From Gammaproteobacteria bacterium (GTDB lineage: Bacteria; Pseudomonadota; Gammaproteobacteria; UBA4575): a stretch of 64,000 nucleotides of DNA. The notes below the pieces were generated by a model. That model was not told where the DNA came from and searched no databases. It saw nothing but the letters and a program-made list of their open reading frames with translations. Positions 60,586-64,000 of this stretch are shown in pieces; the stretch's first letter is position 1, and each line of letters opens with the position of its first letter. Both the position numbers and the translations under genes were made by a program. The stretch spans positions 736,001 to 800,000 of the forward strand of contig CBDEUS010000002.1 in assembly GCA_965243395.1 (NCBI GenBank), given 5' to 3'.

Positions 60586-60602
60586 TGCACATAGAATGTG
60601 CA
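60586..60602. promoter_or_regulatory. NtrC-type enhancer site
   Basis: TGCAC-ATAGAAT-GTGCA (TGCAC-N7-GTGCA). Confidence 0.7.
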
Positions 60603-60664
60603 ATGTATACTAAGCACAATTACGGTTGATTGGTAAGTGTTTGAAAACTAAGCCGATGAGAACT

Positions 60665-60680
60665 TGGCATGGCATTTGCT
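60665..60680 (+). promoter_or_regulatory. Sigma54 (-24/-12) promoter
   Basis: TGGCATGGCATTTGCT versus consensus TGGCACG-N4-TTGCW, exact spacing. Confidence 0.75.
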
Positions 60681-60871
60681 AAATAGAAAATAAATTCTGG
60701 TTGTTTGCTAAAAGCATATAAAGATATCGGTATTCTTATATAGAAAAGATTCATATCGGTAGCTTGAACTTAAAGTGGTTGGCCCCATCTAAATTAATGC
60801 TCGGAACGCAAGAAAGTAACTAGGATTGTGCTAAAAATTAACCCATAACTTTAAACTAGAGGAACTTAACC

Positions 60872-60982
60872 ATGACACACGAAGCAGAAAATGAATTTGC
60901 TTTCAATATATTGGTACCAGACTTCTTGCTTTTTGCGATTGCAATGACAGGAGTGTTTGGTTTGCTAATAGCTATTTTTTAA
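60872..60982 (+). CDS. 36-aa single-TM small protein (MTHEAENEFAFNILVPDFLLFAIAMTGVFGLLIAIF)
   Basis: AGAGGA SD; hand-translated; lies between the sigma54 promoter and a terminator. Confidence 0.7.
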   Translation: MTHEAENEFAFNILVPDFLLFAIAMTGVFGLLIAIF

Positions 60983-61045
60983 CAATTATTCAAGCATGCA
61001 ATTTAATACGTAGATAACTCCTCCAAAAACCCCTACTACGTATGG

Positions 61046-61078
61046 AGCCTCACTATCCTATCCAGTGGGGCTTTTTTT
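61046..61078 (+). terminator. Intrinsic terminator
   Basis: AGCCTCACT-ATCCTATCC-AGTGGGGCT followed by a T-run. Confidence 0.8.
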
Positions 61079-61118
61079 ATGTCGTTTATAAATGCTGGAT
61101 ATTTTTGCTTAAGTTTAC

Positions 61119-62795
61119 TTAATTGTAGTCTTCATAGAGTGAGATTAGAAAATCAACTAATGGCTGGATGTCTTTTGGTTTGATGTGGATTTTCTCGATA
61201 TCCTGGTCCGGGTTTCTTATTAAACCTTGGCGTGTATTAATGGATACTGCTAAATAAAAGCTTACTACGGCATGTAAATCACTGATTTGACCATTATGCA
61301 TGTAGGGTCCCGAGTGTCCAAGATTCCGCACACTTGGAGTTTTAAACGTTGCAATACTTCTTTTAAGAGTATCGTCTCTTGAGGTACAAATCTCATTTCC
61401 TTCAGAAATACAAACTGCGTTATATATGCTTTCTTGTGGCAGAGGGAAATCAGAGTTAAATAATATATTCCATGCACCAAGGTCTGTTGCCATAGCATTA
61501 TTTTGTGTAGGAATACTACGAAAGAGCCCTTTTCGATTTGGATGTTTAGACGTTGCAGGCAAATAAAGATCAGCCTGCTTTTCGCGTTGATTAACATTTG
61601 GAATTTTTAATTCATTGAATGTGTTTTGCCCGTGTATCGCTTCATATTCAACTTGCGTGATTCCTGTATTGTGTAAGTCAAAATCAGTGAAATGTGGTGC
61701 AGGGTGACATGCAACACAATTACCTGCTGAGGCTTCATCTTTTTCTTGTTTAGAAAAGAATATGCGCATACCTGCAAGTTGTTTTTCACCAAACTCAAAC
61801 GGTTGCTCGTCATGAAACTGAAATTTACCGTCTTCGGTATTAGGGTTTTTGGTAACCAAGGTTAATTTATTTTTTTGGTCTAGCTCATTGATACGTGTTA
61901 TTAGTTTCGCGCTATATTGCTGATGAGTTTCATCTTGCTCAGGCCCAGTGGGTAGACTATTAAGTTTCAGAAATAAATCATATGGAGAAATGATTTCCTC
62001 GTCTTGTGCGAATACGAGATCCTCGGTATAGATTGCTATCAAATTTGAAGCTGTAGAAAATACTTTTTCACAGCTTTCATTTTGTGGGTCAATTAGCAAA
62101 TCTTTTGGGATAAGAAAATCATTACTTACTTGTTTCCCGTCAGAGGTTTTCCCCGAGAATACTTCTGTATAAGAATACCCGCCAAACTCTTCAGCAAGCT
62201 CGCTTTCACCATTGTCTTCTCGTATCACTTTACATATGTGTTCCATGGCAGCAGATTCTTCGCCCGGTAGCCAACCCATGTTGCGACCTGTCAATGTACC
62301 GCGTACTAAATGATCTAGTGATGAAAACTCACCATCAAAGTGCAACATAAAATTTCTTCGCGGAAGTGATGCATCTACCAGTGCGGGACTATTTCTGACC
62401 GTGGTAACCATTCCGTCATTTCGAGCAGGCAATGGACTGCGGGAAGCAAAGTCTGCATAAGAGCGCATACCCAGTTCACTTTGTTCCAGGTGCTCGTCTA
62501 CAAGATGACAAGAGCGGCAATTAAAGCTTTGCCCTGCATAAGGGCCATCGGCAAACGGAATTTGATAAGGAGGTAATCCAAAGAAACGAGCAGTTTTATT
62601 AAGCGCTGGATCACCTTTAGTTAAAGGTGAATTAACATCACCGCCTTCATTTTGACTAACAGCGAAAAATTGTGAAAAACGAGTTTCTAAAAACAATCTT
62701 TCACCAAGCATAATTTCTGGCGGATCTAGGTCCTCAGCCTGAATGGATGGAAACACTATGCACAGTATGAGGAGGCTGAGTAGACGATTCATCAT
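61119..62795 (-). CDS. Di-heme cytochrome c peroxidase/MauG superfamily protein
   Basis: Signal peptide; LGERLF, CRSCH, RNSP, CVACH, FKTPSVRN...PYMHNG. Confidence 0.88.
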   Translation of the reverse strand: MMNRLLSLLILCIVFPSIQAEDLDPPEIMLGERLFLETRFSQFFAVSQNEGGDVNSPLTKGDPALNKTARFFGLPPYQIPFADGPYAGQSFNCRSCHLVDEHLEQSELGMRSYADFASRSPLPARNDGMVTTVRNSPALVDASLPRRNFMLHFDGEFSSLDHLVRGTLTGRNMGWLPGEESAAMEHICKVIREDNGESELAEEFGGYSYTEVFSGKTSDGKQVSNDFLIPKDLLIDPQNESCEKVFSTASNLIAIYTEDLVFAQDEEIISPYDLFLKLNSLPTGPEQDETHQQYSAKLITRINELDQKNKLTLVTKNPNTEDGKFQFHDEQPFEFGEKQLAGMRIFFSKQEKDEASAGNCVACHPAPHFTDFDLHNTGITQVEYEAIHGQNTFNELKIPNVNQREKQADLYLPATSKHPNRKGLFRSIPTQNNAMATDLGAWNILFNSDFPLPQESIYNAVCISEGNEICTSRDDTLKRSIATFKTPSVRNLGHSGPYMHNGQISDLHAVVSFYLAVSINTRQGLIRNPDQDIEKIHIKPKDIQPLVDFLISLYEDYN

Positions 62796-62804
62796 CTTCT
62801 AAAT

Positions 62805-62823
62805 AGTAATGATTATCATTTAT
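62805..62823. promoter_or_regulatory. Fur box
   Basis: Minus strand ATAAATGATAATCATTACT, 14/19 to GATAATGATAATCATTATC, 10 nt before the start. Confidence 0.65.
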
Positions 62824-62855
62824 ATTTAAATAACACGTAAGGTATACAACGAACT

Positions 62856-62890
62856 AAAAACCCCCTATTCCTATTAAGGAATAGGGGGTT
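62856..62890 (-). terminator. Intrinsic terminator
   Basis: AACCCCCUAUUCC-UUAAUA-GGAAUAGGGGGUUUUU. Confidence 0.85.
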
Positions 62891-62921
62891 AGCGATGAAT
62901 CAATTTAAGGAGAATTTTACC

Positions 62922-64000
62922 CTAATGCACTGGAGTAACGGGTGGTTCAACGGTTGGATATTTTAACTTCACTTCGCCAGTTAAATTTTCAGCATCCGGA
63001 TTTTTAACTCCGCGTTCCACGTTGTAAGGATCAGTAAACACTCCGTATTCGCCAGGTTCAACAGTGTAAACAACTTCTTCTTTACCATGTCCTGCATTGG
63101 CTAAATATTTATTTGGATTATTCCAGCTTTTACCATCCAAGTTAGCGAAGAATTTGATATCAACTAACACACCATCACATAGTGGAGTGATTTCTTCATA
63201 GTTGGTGGGCCAGCCCGCAGCACCGGTGGTTTTAGGATAGTTACTCCAGTCTCCACCTTTTAACGGACAAGCGCCCCCGCCACCAAATGCTGCACGATTA
63301 GGATGATGTACACCGTAAACAGGTAGGCCCTTTGCGGCTGCCATTTGACCATTTTCTAGATGAAACCTTGGTTCATGAGTTACTTCAGTTTTTACTTTTT
63401 CATCTTGTAACGAATCAAAATATGCACCGTCGGGACGTACGTATTGAAAATCCTGATTGTCATCATTATCAAATACAGCGGTAATGAAAAGATATGGCTC
63501 ATTAAAAAAGGGTCTCTCGATTAAATAAAATTCAGCATTGGTTTTGCTTACATCTACGGCTTGCCAATCCACAGTAGATTCATCTTCGCCACCAACATTT
63601 ATCCAGGCACGTGCATCAGGAAATAAATCAACTCGCAAGACTTTTGTATATAACTCGTTAACATCTAAGCCTGCGCGTTTGCCTAATGGACCTACTTCTC
63701 CTGCACCATCCTGATTGAAAGCATAATCAATAGCTTTTTTTGCATACGGATAACGATTTGCAGACATCGTGCAATAAAAGTGAGGCAAATCAATAGGCAC
63801 ATGATCAGCATATTTACCTTTATATTTTGGATGATTAAGGGTTAAGTCGACGAAGTTTAAACTTCCATCTTCTGCAACTTGCTGGTGTGGATGTTTATAA
63901 CCATCCCAACTTTCTTCAGGAATGTAGCTGCTATATTGATTAGCAATCGTTGCAAGATTTTCTTCTGCAAAAAGATCCGCGTTTTGAGGTAAGCCTTTTG
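62922..64000 (-). CDS. Hypothetical protein, 5'-truncated by the window edge
   Basis: Frame stays open from 63800 to the edge (KGLPQNADLFAEENLATIANQY...ADHVPIDLPH); no family recognised. Confidence 0.75.
   Translation of the reverse strand, partial: KGLPQNADLFAEENLATIANQYSSYIPEESWDGYKHPHQQVAEDGSLNFVDLTLNHPKYKGKYADHVPIDLPHFYCTMSANRYPYAKKAIDYAFNQDGAGEVGPLGKRAGLDVNELYTKVLRVDLFPDARAWINVGGEDESTVDWQAVDVSKTNAEFYLIERPFFNEPYLFITAVFDNDDNQDFQYVRPDGAYFDSLQDEKVKTEVTHEPRFHLENGQMAAAKGLPVYGVHHPNRAAFGGGGACPLKGGDWSNYPKTTGAAGWPTNYEEITPLCDGVLVDIKFFANLDGKSWNNPNKYLANAGHGKEEVVYTVEPGEYGVFTDPYNVERGVKNPDAENLTGEVKLKYPTVEPPVTPVH

Overview
AT-rich bacterial chromosomal window, most consistent with a gammaproteobacterium (inferred from the Pseudomonas-type nrdAB, ybiT, ttcA and the sigma54, Fur and NrdR sites). 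It carries housekeeping genes (gltBD, nrdAB, glycerate kinase, ttcA, ybiT, an ATM1-type ABC exporter, phoX), a furan/cyclopropane fatty-acid (ufa/cfa-type) operon opposite a two-component system, and a long stretch of thiol/redox genes. I saw no tRNA, rRNA, CRISPR array, transposase or phage gene. The best candidate for an undescribed system is a minus-strand module at 3534-4612. It comprises a near-leaderless 48-codon leader ORF that is missing from the ORF track, a three-segment RNA switch plus terminator (ribosome-coupled attenuator), and two paralogous 75-76 aa proteins that both end in an ssrA-like -EAA. The last gene is a 74-aa basic protein whose mRNA has a 26-bp in-CDS hairpin, as arfA does. 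Together these suggest a translation-stress or ribosome-rescue operon. Other elements missing from the ORF track are an NtrC/sigma54-driven 36-aa membrane peptide with an anti-SD motif in its 3' UTR (60586-61078) and a 56-aa protein with four ERR/DRR repeats, a candidate c-di-GMP binder (8752-8922). All family assignments come from motif recognition by eye, not from database searches.
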